In this document: positions 1 through 12,100 of the stretch, piece by piece
Layout of the letters: each line of letters starts with the position of its first letter
How positions within the stretch are numbered: position 1 is the first letter of the stretch
From: Amoebophrya sp. A120
Taxonomy: Eukaryota > Protista > Dinoflagellata
Direction of reading: 5' to 3'
DNA length: 64,000 nt
NCBI GenBank assembly: GCA_905178155.1
Contig: CAJINV010000009.1
Location: 2,705,373-2,769,372, forward strand
Notes under the pieces: model-generated
The model's database searches: none
Told to the model about the DNA's origin: nothing
The model's input: only the letters and a program-made list of their open reading frames with translations
Position numbers and translations under genes: made by a program

Positions 1-108
1 TTCAAAACACCCTTAGAAAATGCTTCTCATGGGGCTCCGCATGACAAACATTTTAAGCATGCAGATTTGCATGACAACTATGGTGTGGGTACGTTTTTAC
101 TCAGGATA
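1..108. mobile_element. Introner family B (partial)
   Basis: Right end gtgggtacgtttttactcaggata. Confidence 0.85.
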
Positions 109-3100
109 GTTAACTTCACGTAGTTCTCCCGGTACCGGTCTCCGTCAGAATCGAAGTGTTTTTTACTGATCCCAAGGCGCTCAAAGTGCTCCAGTGTTTT
201 CTCATCCTTGGCCTTCCGGGCGATTTTCGCGAGGTCATCCACGGAAAGACCGTTGATTGTAGTATTTCCCCCGCCTTTAGGATTAGGTGGAAACGACCCG
301 GTCAAAGACGCAACTGCGGCCTTCTCCGCCGCGGCATTCTTCGCGTCAATCATTTTGGAAAAAGTCTCGAAGGAAGCGCCTGTTTCGCTGAACAGTTGGG
401 ACTGCGGAATCGTGAATTGGCTCTTGACGATGGTGTGGTAGAGGTCTTTGTCGTTGATTTTTTCTGCGGTGGACAACGCGGCCAACGCGTTGTTGTAGTC
501 GTTGACTAAAACTTCGTACTCCGGTTGGAACTGCGCCTTCACCCTCGCAAGGTCGTTATAATTTTCTGCGTTCATATCATGGTCGTCGTCGTCAAAATCG
601 TCCTCTTCATCCTCTACTATCTCCACTTTATCAAACGCCTTCGAGTCCACCAGACTCAGCAATTCCATCGCTTTTAACAGCAAAAGCCCGGACCGGAGTT
701 TGAAGTTCTTCATCAACCACTCCTTTTGCAGCTCCTGTTCGCTCGGGCTAGCGGTTGTTTTTCGGGTGTTGCGACCACGGCGGCGGGGGTCTTCAAGGAG
801 ATCCTCCCCTCCGGTTGCCGTTGCGTTCGTTCCGACCACGAAGTATCAAATGCAAAAATGTCTGGGTGTGGAAGAGTGTAGACTTGTCATGCAGATCTTT
901 CATGACCCATGAGGTCTGGAATGCAGAGCCTAGCATTACAGACTCTGTGAGGTCTCTGTCATGCCCCCAATCCACCATGAGGAACTCCCTCCCAACTTGA
1001 TCGAAAGTGGACAGCTTTTGGCACTCATGCAACACAGATTTTTGCATGATCATTCGGATTTAGCATGACAAGTTGCAATCTTCCAGACCCAGACATTTTT
1101 GCAATCCATACGAAGCACGGATCAACGACTTTCAATGGTTGTGTGCAGTCGTACAGCGTCTTGTTGTCCTTTAGCAATTCATACACTTCCTGTTGTTTCG
1201 TGACGCAATAGTTTAGGACAAAATGTGCCTTGTCTAAAGCGTCGTGGAACAAGTAGACGTTTTTGTAGAGAATCGTGTATTCCCTCGCTTTCTTCTCAGC
1301 TAAACTCGCTCCCACCGGGTTCTTTATGCTGTGCAAAAGTATCGCACTCGTATAATGAATGCATTACAAATTTCCTCAGCATGAGAAATGAAATTTGTAA
1401 TGCGGATGTATATTTGTAATGCATGACTGCAATACGAGTATGAAGGTCGCGCCCGGAGGGCGATATTGGTAACCAAATGCGTGCGCGAAAATCTAACCAG
1501 CGCGAAAGCCTAACCAGCCGCGCGGCGAAAACGCGGCCCTGCGGGCCGCGCTTTGGGGCTATTTGTTTTTGATTACAGTCCCACTACTTCTTCTTCAAGC
1601 CCCCTGCGTGAGAAACTGGCCCCCTGGCCAGGAAGGTATCTGGGTCATCGAGGGCTTCCGGATTCGCATTCAAAGCTTATCGGGGCCGCGGGGAAGTGGT
1701 GGAGCCCGCGGCGGCCCGCAGGCTCCTGCGATAAGCATCGCAGGCGAAATCCGGTCTGCTATTTCGCAGCGGGGCATCCTTTCTAGCCCCCTGCATGACA
1801 AACTGGCCCCCTGGCCAGGAAGGTATGTGCGAAACCACAAACCCGCGGACCCTGCTGGGCCACCAAAGTCGGGCATTTCAGACGCGGCGGAGGTCCCGAA
1901 TTGGTGCCCACAACCCAGAGCAAACGTGGATTTTGGGACATGCCTCCGCCCGCTTCTAATGCATTTTTTTTTCCCCAATCGCGATGGTATGGCGCAAGCG
2001 CGCGCCCGCCGGACCGCCCTTGGTGGCCAGTTTGTAAGCCTGCCGGGGGTTCTCAACTTTTGCCAATTTTTCCTTTTTTTTCAAGTTTCTATGTGGCCGA
2101 AGGGCTCCGGACATTTTCACCGACCGCAGCTGCCTCGCAGTTTTGAAGCCTGCGGAGGGATTGCGTTTTTGCGCATTTTTTTTTCTTTTTCTGGTTTTCA
2201 AGTGGCCCGGGCGACCTGGACATTTTCACCGACCGCAGCTGACTGGCAGTTTTGAAGCCTGCGGAGGGATTGCGCTTTCGCGCAATTTTTCATCTTTTTC
2301 TGGTTTCCAAGTGGCCCGGGCGGCCTGGACATTTTCGCCGCCCGCACCTGGGTGGCAGTTTTGAAGCCTGCGAAGGGATTGCGCTTTTGCGCAATTTTTC
2401 ATCTTTTCCCATTTTCCAAGTGGCCCGGGTGATTTGCACAAAGTCCGACGATTGCTTCCACCCACGTTATGAAGCAATTTTTTGCCATTTTTTTCCAACT
2501 TTTTCCAGTTACGAAGCGACCCAAGGCTTCCGAACAGGTCGCGGGCCTGCTTCTCCAACGCAGCTGGCCAGCGGGCGGAGCAAAAAATAGTCCGTCTCTT
2601 TTTCAGATACGAAGTGGGCCAGACCGCAAAAGTGCTCTTTTTTCACCTTCTCCCGCTTGGTTTCTGCCGTTATTGCGACATTTTTGACCTCCTGGCCATT
2701 TTCCCATCTGGTCCGCTTTTTTTCCCTTCTCCCGCTTCATTTCTGGCCATTTCCCTGACCTTCACGCCTCCCGGCGGTTGCCCTATATGGTAACGGCAAG
2801 TGCCTTCGCGCTGCGTTTGCTAAAGCAATATCGCAGGCGCGCAGAGCGCGCGCGCCGGCTTCGTGGGCCGGCGCGCGCTCTGCGCGCGCGCGCGCACGCA
2901 TTTGGTTACCAGATCAGATACTTTTGCACAGGATATTCTTCGCCTTCCAACTGTAGTGCTCGTTCACGTACCAGTCCCGGAAAAAATCGAGATTCACACA
3001 CGCGTTCTCCACAATCTTGTCGTGCGTAGAAAAGATCGCGGTGTGCTTGTAAAGGACCCCCGCACAACCATCGAAAGTTTGCTCCGTGTCGAGCGTTATC

Positions 3101-6100
3101 CTGTGCAAAAGTATCGTACTCGTAGTAATCGCATTCATGCATTACAAATCTCCATCTTAACCTAAATCCGCATTACAAATTCCATTTTTCATGCTGAGGG
3201 AATTTGTCATGCGATTTATACTAGTACGATACTTTTGCATTTCATAAGCGTCGTGCGAGCTTGGTACTGGCGCTGCATTTATGCATTGCAAATATGTCTG
3301 GGTCTGGAAGAGTCCGAGTTTGTCACGCTAACTCTGGTCGACACAAAAATCTGCATTGCGTGACCAGCAAAAGTCCTCACTTTGAGTATATCGGAAGGTG
3401 GCACTTCTCATGCGGATTCAGCATTCAGGAGCCTTCTCAAAACTTGCGATGTTCAGGCCCTCATTCCAGACCTTCTGGCTCATGCGAAAGTTGCATGACA
3501 AAACTTGCATCTACTTCCAGACCCAGGTATATTTGCATTTGATAGCATCATGCAGTCGTGTCTCACGCGGGTGAAGACGATCTGGGGGATCTTTTTCTCA
3601 ATCGTCACGATCTCCGTGGTGTCGGTTTGGTTCTGATGGTCGGCAACATGTTGTTGGAGTTGGTCCACTTCCATGCTCAGCGTGCTGTTGTTAGAAGCAC
3701 TACTGGTGGTTTCTTCCGTTGGATTCTGTTTCTGCTTCTTTTTCAGTGGCTTCTTCTTGTCCCAAAAGGACGTGGCGCCTCCGGAGCCAGACGTCGAAGT
3801 AGAGGCTGCAGTACTACTAGAGCTTGCGTTTTGATTGAGGTTCTCACTCGTAGGAGTTGTCGTGGTGGCAGTAGTCGAGGGAGCAGCACATGGCAGCTCA
3901 GGAAGTACCGAGGTACTAGTAGAAGAGGACACAGCAGCACTTCTGCTTCCAGACGCTCCTCCTGCCCGCGGCTTGTTGTCATGCTCATGTTCCTCATTCT
4001 GCTCCTGCTGGACAAGTTCTTTATCTTTTTTGTTCCCCCGCTTATAAATCACGTCCGCCGCTTCCGGATTTTCTTCCAACAATCTGTCCATCAGATATCG
4101 CAGGAAAAAACTGTTTCACTGTGAACTTGTGATGCAGAAAACGAAGCACCAAAGTCTCTGTCTTGCTACACCTGCAAGACATTGGGTTTTCAAGCGTGTT
4201 TTCCCTTGGGAAGCACGCATGGCAAATATTGTGTGTCATGTGCAACAAACTTGTAATGCAGATCTTGCAAAATCATCACAGTGAAACAATTTTTTTCTTG
4301 CATATCAGATCCTGCCAAATCAGCGTGGCCTCTTCAAAGTCTTCCTTACTCAATTTACAACTGTGGTTGTTCTTTCTGTTCTTCCGCGGGTTGTAATTCA
4401 CCGACTCTCTATTCAGCTTCGTTTTGTCAAAACAATCCAATATCACGAAGTTTCTATCGTCCTGCAAATACGCGAAATACATCATGAGCGGTGTCCGTAA
4501 AGTCGCATCCATCCGCACGAACGCTTCGTCCACGAGGTCCTGCGCAGCAGACCACTGGGTCATAATGGTTAATTCTTCTTGAATTTGTGCTTCCGATAAA
4601 ATTCCCTCGTTGTGCTTGCGGAAATTGGCTTTCATTTTCTCCAACCGGTCTTTGGCTAAATGTTGCTGCATCAGTCGCGCAGACTCTCCCGGGCTGTTTT
4701 TACTAGCGGCTTTGATTTTCTCGACGACGGAACCGGGAATCACTAGTCGAGAGTTTTGCTCCTCTTCTAAATTTTTCGGCACATTTTGCCCCGTGGGGTC
4801 GTTGACTTTAGAAACCCAAATCTCTTTCCCTGTTTTGACGTCGATTTCGGGAAAGAGCTCTAGCACATTCCCGTGCTGGTCACGCATCGATAACGAGCGG
4901 GTGTCGATTGTCTTTGTTTTCTTCTTCAGATGTAGTTGTCCTTTGCTTGTGTCTTTGTCCTGGGGAGATCGTGGTGGTAATAGGCGCTTATGATCCTCGT
5001 TTTCAACGTCTTCGTTGCGCGGCATTCGTGCTGCATCTTCAGGGCTTGCCCTGTTGGAGCAGGCTGGAACGGCCGGAGAAGCTGTTGCAGCCGCAGCGGC
5101 AGCGGCAGCCGCAGCTGCGTCACTTTCTTCCTTCTCCCTTTGCTGTTTCATTCTTATCTCCTCTGCCTCCTGCCTGCTGACTTTTTTCTTCTCCAACACG
5201 GTTTTCAATTCAATTTCTTTCCGCAACTCGCCTTCTTCCCACGCTTCCTTCAGCAGTTTGTACTTCAAATCCGCGAAAAAAGAAAACATCCAGGCACAAT
5301 TTTTCTTCTCGACAATCTCCAAATCATTCAAATATTTTAACGCCACCGACTTCTCGACTTCGTGTTTCCGTGTCGCTTTTCTCGCCATTTCCAGCTCCTT
5401 CTCTGCGGACAATTTGTTCTGCCTGGCTTCGAGTTGAATGTTTTCCTGCATCACCGTCGCTTTTCTTTCATGTACCGATATGCAATACAAATTTTCCGTA
5501 CATGTACAACATGCATCACAAATTTCACCAATTTAAAGGGTAATATAAACTTGTCATGCTAAACTAGGATCGAAGTCAAGTTTTGTCATGCAGAGGCCGC
5601 ATTTGTACGTGTACGGGAAATTCCCTGTGGATAACCGAGTACATCATTTTCCGCCGGTAGAATTTCTTCTCATTCAGCAAATCCTGCGCAGACTTTTCGA
5701 TTCGGTCGAGGTATCCTAAGCAAAAACGTCCCCACCCAATAGTCAAGTTGGGAATCTAGCAACACAAATCTCCAAGTTTTGGAAGCTGTGCATGACAAGT
5801 TCTTTTCCTCTGCAGTGTAGTGCTGGAGCTGGTTGGCAAGGGAAGCCACATGAGAAAGCCATTTTCTCGTCCTGTTTGCAGCATTACAAATTCCAAAACA
5901 CAATTGGAAATGCCTCTCATGGAGCTCCGCATTACAACTGTTCCTGTCAATGCGCATTTGCATGACAACTCTGGGCGAGTGGGAATGTTTTTACTGAGGA
6001 TACGAGGATCTCCAAAATTTGTTGGTACGTGAAACGGATTTTCTCCTTCTCGGGAGTGAGACTGCAGAGGTCGAAGTTAAACTTGTCAAGGACCGCGATG

Positions 6101-9100
6101 TCTTTTGCCAGTAAATGGTAGACAAATTCCTCGATGTTTGGGTTCGTGCGGATGATGGACTGCAGCTTGTCCTTTACGGTCGCGGGGAAGGAAGTGGTAG
6201 AGGAGGTATTTATTTTTGATGACACATGTTGATCTTGATTTGTTCCACCGTAAACTTGTCGCAACTCTTCCCTCGACACTTCCTCTTCTAAGACCTCGAT
6301 TACACTCGCCGTTTGGGAGGTTGTCTGCCCGGTGGATGATGAAATGTAGTCCTTGTGCGTTTTTTTGTCCAAATTTTCCGTGTAGTCATCAAGTGTGGCT
6401 TTCACGTTTTGGAGAGAGAAGTGCATTGATGTGGTGTCTTTTACTCTCGCAGAGTCTTCATTTTCGAGTAGTTCTTGCTGCTCGGTGAGGTCGTCCTCTC
6501 CACTGGATGAAACTACTAGTGCCCGCCGCATCAACTCCGTCTCCAAATCGCGATCGTAATAGCACAGCTTCTCATGCGGCTGCTCCTGAACAAGTGACAA
6601 CATCGGGTCAAATTCAGAAGTGTAGTTATAATTCCCGCTAGAACTACTACATGACTTCCTCAAATCCGCAACCTCATCTTCATTCTGCTCCCCTCCGAAT
6701 AGCGAATTTTCATGCTCCATTGCTGTCCAGTGCAGCGCCAGCTGCTCAATCACGAACTTCGCCTGTGTCTCAAACTCGATAACCGCTAGCAAAAAGCTTG
6801 TCTCGTCGTTCGACAACCGTTTCACCGGGTGCTCCACGTGCCCCCGCTCCTTGATATCCTCCCGGACCGTGTCAAACACTTTCGCAGTAGAGAAGTTAGG
6901 TAATAAGCTCTCCTCTGCGTTTTGCGTCTCGGAAAAAAGGCTGAAATGCTGCCGGAAGTTTTCCTCCAAAAACATCTTCATCAAAGTGAAAAAAGCCCCC
7001 ACCCCATATTGGAAACGGAAGATGCGCGAATTCGTGATGCTGTATTTGAGTACACAAATCGACTTGTATTGCTAGAAGGCCAAGAGACGAAGCTGCGGCC
7101 CAAATTGCAGGTAATCTGTCATGCTGTTTCCCACTTCCAGTTGCCTCCTGTCATCCTGGAGCTGCAAGGCTTTCGTTCCCACCACGCTAGGCAGCACTAC
7201 AGTCCGCATCTTTTATTGCCTTCTAGCATCACAAAGCTGATTTGTAACCACAAATCTGCATCACAGATTTCCGTTTTGATATGGGAAGGGGGCATTTTTC
7301 ATTGTGATAATCTTCTCCGCATAGTCGCGGACTTTCTTCTCCTCCTTCTCGGATAATTTTCTGTCCCAAGTTATCCTGAGTAAAAACGTACCCACACCAG
7401 AGTTGTCATGCAGATTTGCAATGACAGGAACATTTGTAATGCGCATCGCCAGGAGAGGCATTTTTAGTCGTGTTTTGGGATTTGTAATGCTGTAAACAGG
7501 ATGAGCAGATCGATTTCTGATGCCGCTGGCCTTGCGAACCTGCACTACAATACGGACTGCAACTTGTGATGCGTGACCCCCAAAAGTTCTAGGTTTGTGT
7601 TGCAAAATCCCCATCTTGACTCTGGTGTGGGTACGTTTTTACTCAGGATGCAAGTAGAACTAGCTAAGCCCTTCTTGTCCCACGTATTCAAGTTAGACGG
7701 GCTGGAATATGGAAGCGTCAGGTTTGAAATCGTCAAAGTTGAGACAATTTGTAATGCATAAAATGCATGACCCGAGGCGCGTGTGTTGCAGAGCAGGCAA
7801 GCGAGGCCGATTGCAAGCCTGTTTGGGGTTACAGCTCGAGCTCCGAAAGTAGCATGAGAAAATCGCTCTTCTTTGCCTAAAAAGCATGACAAACTGGATT
7901 TAGGGACCACCGAAATTTGTCACGCGCCACCTGCAAACTGGGTTCCAACTGACATCCATTTTATGCATGGCAAATCATTTCAACTTTGAAGATTTCAACT
8001 CTGACATATCCATATGGAATTAATCCTGTTCCACGCTGTGTTCGTCGCAACCACCTTCGCTGCGGCCACCGTCGCTTCTAATTTACTTTTCCCGTTGTTT
8101 AGCGCGGATAAACAGGCGTTTTTACCGTCTTTCGCTAAATCTTTCACCTTGAATTCCTCGAACGCGCGTTTTAGAACGTTGGGCTTGATGATCTCCGCAA
8201 TGTATTCCTCCAGGGACAAGGAGAGCGGGAACTGGGATAATTCCAGCTGGAACATTTCAAATTTGAACAACTTCGACTCGCACCGCTTGGTTTCCAGCAT
8301 CAAATATCGGTCCGTCTCGTAGAGACTCCAGGCGTCGTTTTCCAACGGCAGGTAGTCCGAACACTTGTCAAATTGGAGAAAGATTTTATTCTCGACTGGA
8401 CAATTATTTTTGCCGCCATTTGTCCTTTCCGAGCTGTCTGAGCTACTTTGAACGGAGCTCGCCAAGAAGTTGGCACCGCTCTGGGCCAGCGCCGACAAGA
8501 TATTCATCCCCGAAGCTGCTGTACCTGTAGAGGCCCCACCGCCGCGGCCCCCGCCCAACCCAAAGGGTGCGTTTCTCGGGTTTAGATACCGAATGTCGTT
8601 CTGACCCGGTTCACGAATGTTGTGAAAGTGCCCAAACCGGATCGCATCGGCGAGGGGTGGCCGCGCAGTCGAGGCTTTCTCAAAAGCGGCGGCGGCACGA
8701 AGAAGGTTCGAGGCTTTAGTGTTCGATTTAGAAGTTGTTTTGGAGGAAGAAGTTTTACTTGATGCTGTTGCAGTACTACTGTTACCACCCGCAAGGACCG
8801 CAGCTCCTCCGGAACTACCGGAAGCAGGACTACTACTACTACTGCTGTTCGCGTTTTCCAGTTTCGCCTGGAATTCTACCTCAAAAAGCTCACTCATGCT
8901 TTTCGCCTTACTCGCGCCTAAGGTATACCAGTCTTCCCAGGAATGCCGTTCCATCCACTTTTCCAGCTCAAAACTCTGTTGGTTTTTCGGAAGAGATTTG
9001 TTCCTTTCCCTCTCTTCCACCAAAGCCCATTGGAAATTCATGTCCATAAACCTGCGGTAGTTTTCGCACTCCAGCCCCATCTGAATACTCGCCCACGCGA

Positions 9101-12100
9101 AGCCGTATTCTGAACCGAGCGTCTCCTCGAACAACTGCTTGTCGAAATTTTCCAATTTCTGCTCAACACTTTCCGCCCTCAACCCGTATTCGAAGCATAA
9201 CTTCCACAAATCCCCCACACGCCGGAACTGTTTAATTTCCTCCGTCACAGCGTCGGGGATCGGGATCAACGCCTTCGTTTCTGGCAAAATGCACTCCCGG
9301 CCGACCATTTGTTGCAAGGCTTTGAAGTGGCACTGGGAGTAGTTCAACTGCTTCCCGTTGTTGTACTTCATTTTGTTTTCCACCTTCGCCCCGAACGTCT
9401 TAGGATCGAATTGTAAATATTTACTCGCGTCCTTATCCCGCCCGGACTGTCGAGCCCAGCAGTGCTCGAACCAGTGTGAGTTCGGGTTCCGTTTTAACAA
9501 GTGCGGTTCGTTGAAAACTTCGTCAATGTTCAGGATTTGGACGAACCGCGTGAACCCCACTTCCGACGTGTTTTGCTTCCAGGTTTTCTTCGTGTTGTCC
9601 TGCGCCTGGGGAAATTGCACGGTCTCGTGTTGGGCGAGTTTGGAAGACGAGGAGGAGGAGCTGGAAGAGGAACCGCTGAACGAGGAGCTGCAAGCAGCAC
9701 TGGAAGAGGAGCCGGAGCTACAACTTGCGCTACTAGAACTGCCACTGGAAGATGAAGAGGAGCCGGAAGAAGAACTACTACTTCCCGAAGCTGATGTGGA
9801 AGTAGAAGAGGATCCACCAGCAGCAGATGAAGAAGAACTACCAGACGAAGCTGCTGTGGCTTGTCCACCTCCCCCACCAGAAATAGCACATGAATTCTTT
9901 TCTCCACCTCCCTTCTTATTTTCCTGCTGAAACAAGCTCGGTTTCAGAACTCCATTCACGGAAAACCCCTGACCTCCGTCCTCCGGGCGATGCTCTTCTT
10001 TGATCAGCGTCGGGGGGACTATTGTGTCCAACAATTTGTCCTTGAGCTTCAGCACTTCCCCACAATACACCTCATACTTCTCCCGCCGTTCCTCGTAAAT
10101 ACACCGGTCGCAAATGCAGAAAAAGTTCCGCTTGTGGGCTAAATATCTTCGGCGGAGAGCAAGCGGTAATTGCAAAAACTGCGCCGTGCTTGTCGCGTAG
10201 CAGGAATAGAGCACATCCCCCTTGTTGATCCTCTTCGCAGCTCGTACGACCGCGTGGTTTTTCTCGGAAGTGTCAATCATGACGTTCGGGTGACAGCCGT
10301 GGGAAATCAGGGCGACTTCAGGGAAGAGGGCGCGACGGGAAGTAGGTGGATCTTCAGAGGCGCTAGCAGAAGTGCTGCTCATCTTTCCGGGGCTTGTTCT
10401 ATTTCCTCGCTGGTTCTTTTCATCATGATTGTGATTCTCTTCGTCCACTTCGTTCAATCGCACGGCGATTTCGTAAGTGTCCTGAAAATTCTTCCGCAGA
10501 TTCAGCCCCTTGAAATACTTGGGATCGTCGGTGTTGTCAAGGTTCTCGATTTTGTGTTTCCGGATGTTCATCGCCTTGTGGAATTTCTTTTTAGGCGGGG
10601 TGATAGTGTTGTTCTGCTGTTGAAGATGTGGCAATGTCGAAGATGTAGTTCCGTCTGCTTGTCGTTGTCCTTCTGTTGCTGTTCCCGCATGCGAGATTTC
10701 AGCATCTGCATCCTCCTCCTCTTCCTCCTCGTTGACAGTACTAATATCTTTCACCATATCATACGCGTTCAAATCCCAGACGCTCAGCAGAGCTGCTAAC
10801 CCGTGCACGTGCGCCCTTGTAAACTTCTTCCCCTTGTTCACCGGCCCATCATATCAAATGCAAAAATGTCTGGGTCTGAAAGAGTCATGCTGTTTTTGCA
10901 TGACACAGAAGGCCTGGCATGGAAGCTCTAGCATCACAGGTTTCGAGAAGCTTCCGCAATGCCGAATCCGCATGACAAATCCCCTATTTTGCTGACAGAA
11001 AGTGGGCAGCTTTTGCTACGTATGCATGAGAGACTTTTCCGTGTTCTGAAATACGCATTACAAGTTGCATTCTTCCAGACCCAGACATTTTTGTAATCCA
11101 TACATCACTGCCCGAAACGATCCGCGTGCTGCCCCCGCTGTGCCGAATTGTCTTATGGAAGCGTCAGGATTGAAATCCTCAAAGTTGAAATAATTTCTCA
11201 TGCAGAAATTGCAAGACATGAAGTGCCTCTCTTGCAAGGATTGCAAATGAGGCCGATTGTGAGCCTGTTTCGGATTTGGAATAGAGCTGCTAAAGTAGCA
11301 CGACAAAAGGCGCCTGCTGTCCCTCAACAGCATGACAAACTGGCTTCAGACGGTGCCGAAATTTGTCATGCGCCGCTGGGAAATTGGGCTTCAGCTGGCA
11401 TCGATTTTATGCATTACAAACAATTTCAACTTTGACGATTTCAATCCTGACACCCCCATATGTCTTCTCAAATTCGTACTCCTTGCTTCGGTACCACTTT
11501 TTCCGCAGGTCCAGGGCCCTCTGCTTGTGAAATTGCTGCAGGGTGACAAGTTGAGACGCGAATTTCAGTGGGTTCAGCCAGTCGTTGACGGTATGGTTAT
11601 TGCCGTTTTGGTCGGGTGGAACAGGATTTATTCCCAGTAAAACATTCCTCTGCAATGCAGCAGACTCCGCCGCCAAATCTTGTCCGACTGCTCGATATGA
11701 ATGGCAAATGTGTCTGGGTCTGGAAGGTGATAACTTCAACTTGTCATGGTAAATCTTAAGCATACAAAAATCTGTGTTGCATGAGTGCCAAAAGCTGTCC
11801 AATTTCGACCAAGTTGGGAGGTAGTTTCTCATGCATGAGAGGCATGGCAGAGACCTCGGAGAGTCTGTCAAGCTAAGTCCCGATTCCAGACCTCATGGGT
11901 CATGGAAAATCTGCATGACAAGTTCGCATCCTTCCAGACCCAGACATTTTTGCCGTTGATACTCGGGTTTCTGCCAGAAAGTTTTTCGTTTCCTGCTCCA
12001 TCCGCGACGTTACTCTGTCAACGTGCTCCTGGTAATCTTTGGCGCATTCTTTGAAAAATGCCGCCTCCTCTTCGTCCTCGTCTTCCAGTACCAAACCGAG

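Larger units (their letters stand above)
1325..2935. mobile_element. Introner family C with nested 1.5-kb element
   Basis: TIR tatgctgtgcaaaagtatc/gatacttttgcacaggata; DR ttctt. Confidence 0.9.

Noticed and set aside
1563-2793. ORFs within the nested 1.5-kb element
   Set aside because: They derive from the 109-bp tandem repeat; no Rep or helicase motifs.
3558-10799. Plus-strand ORFs of 100-210 aa opposite the SMYD gene
   Set aside because: Antisense shadows of low-complexity minus-strand exons.
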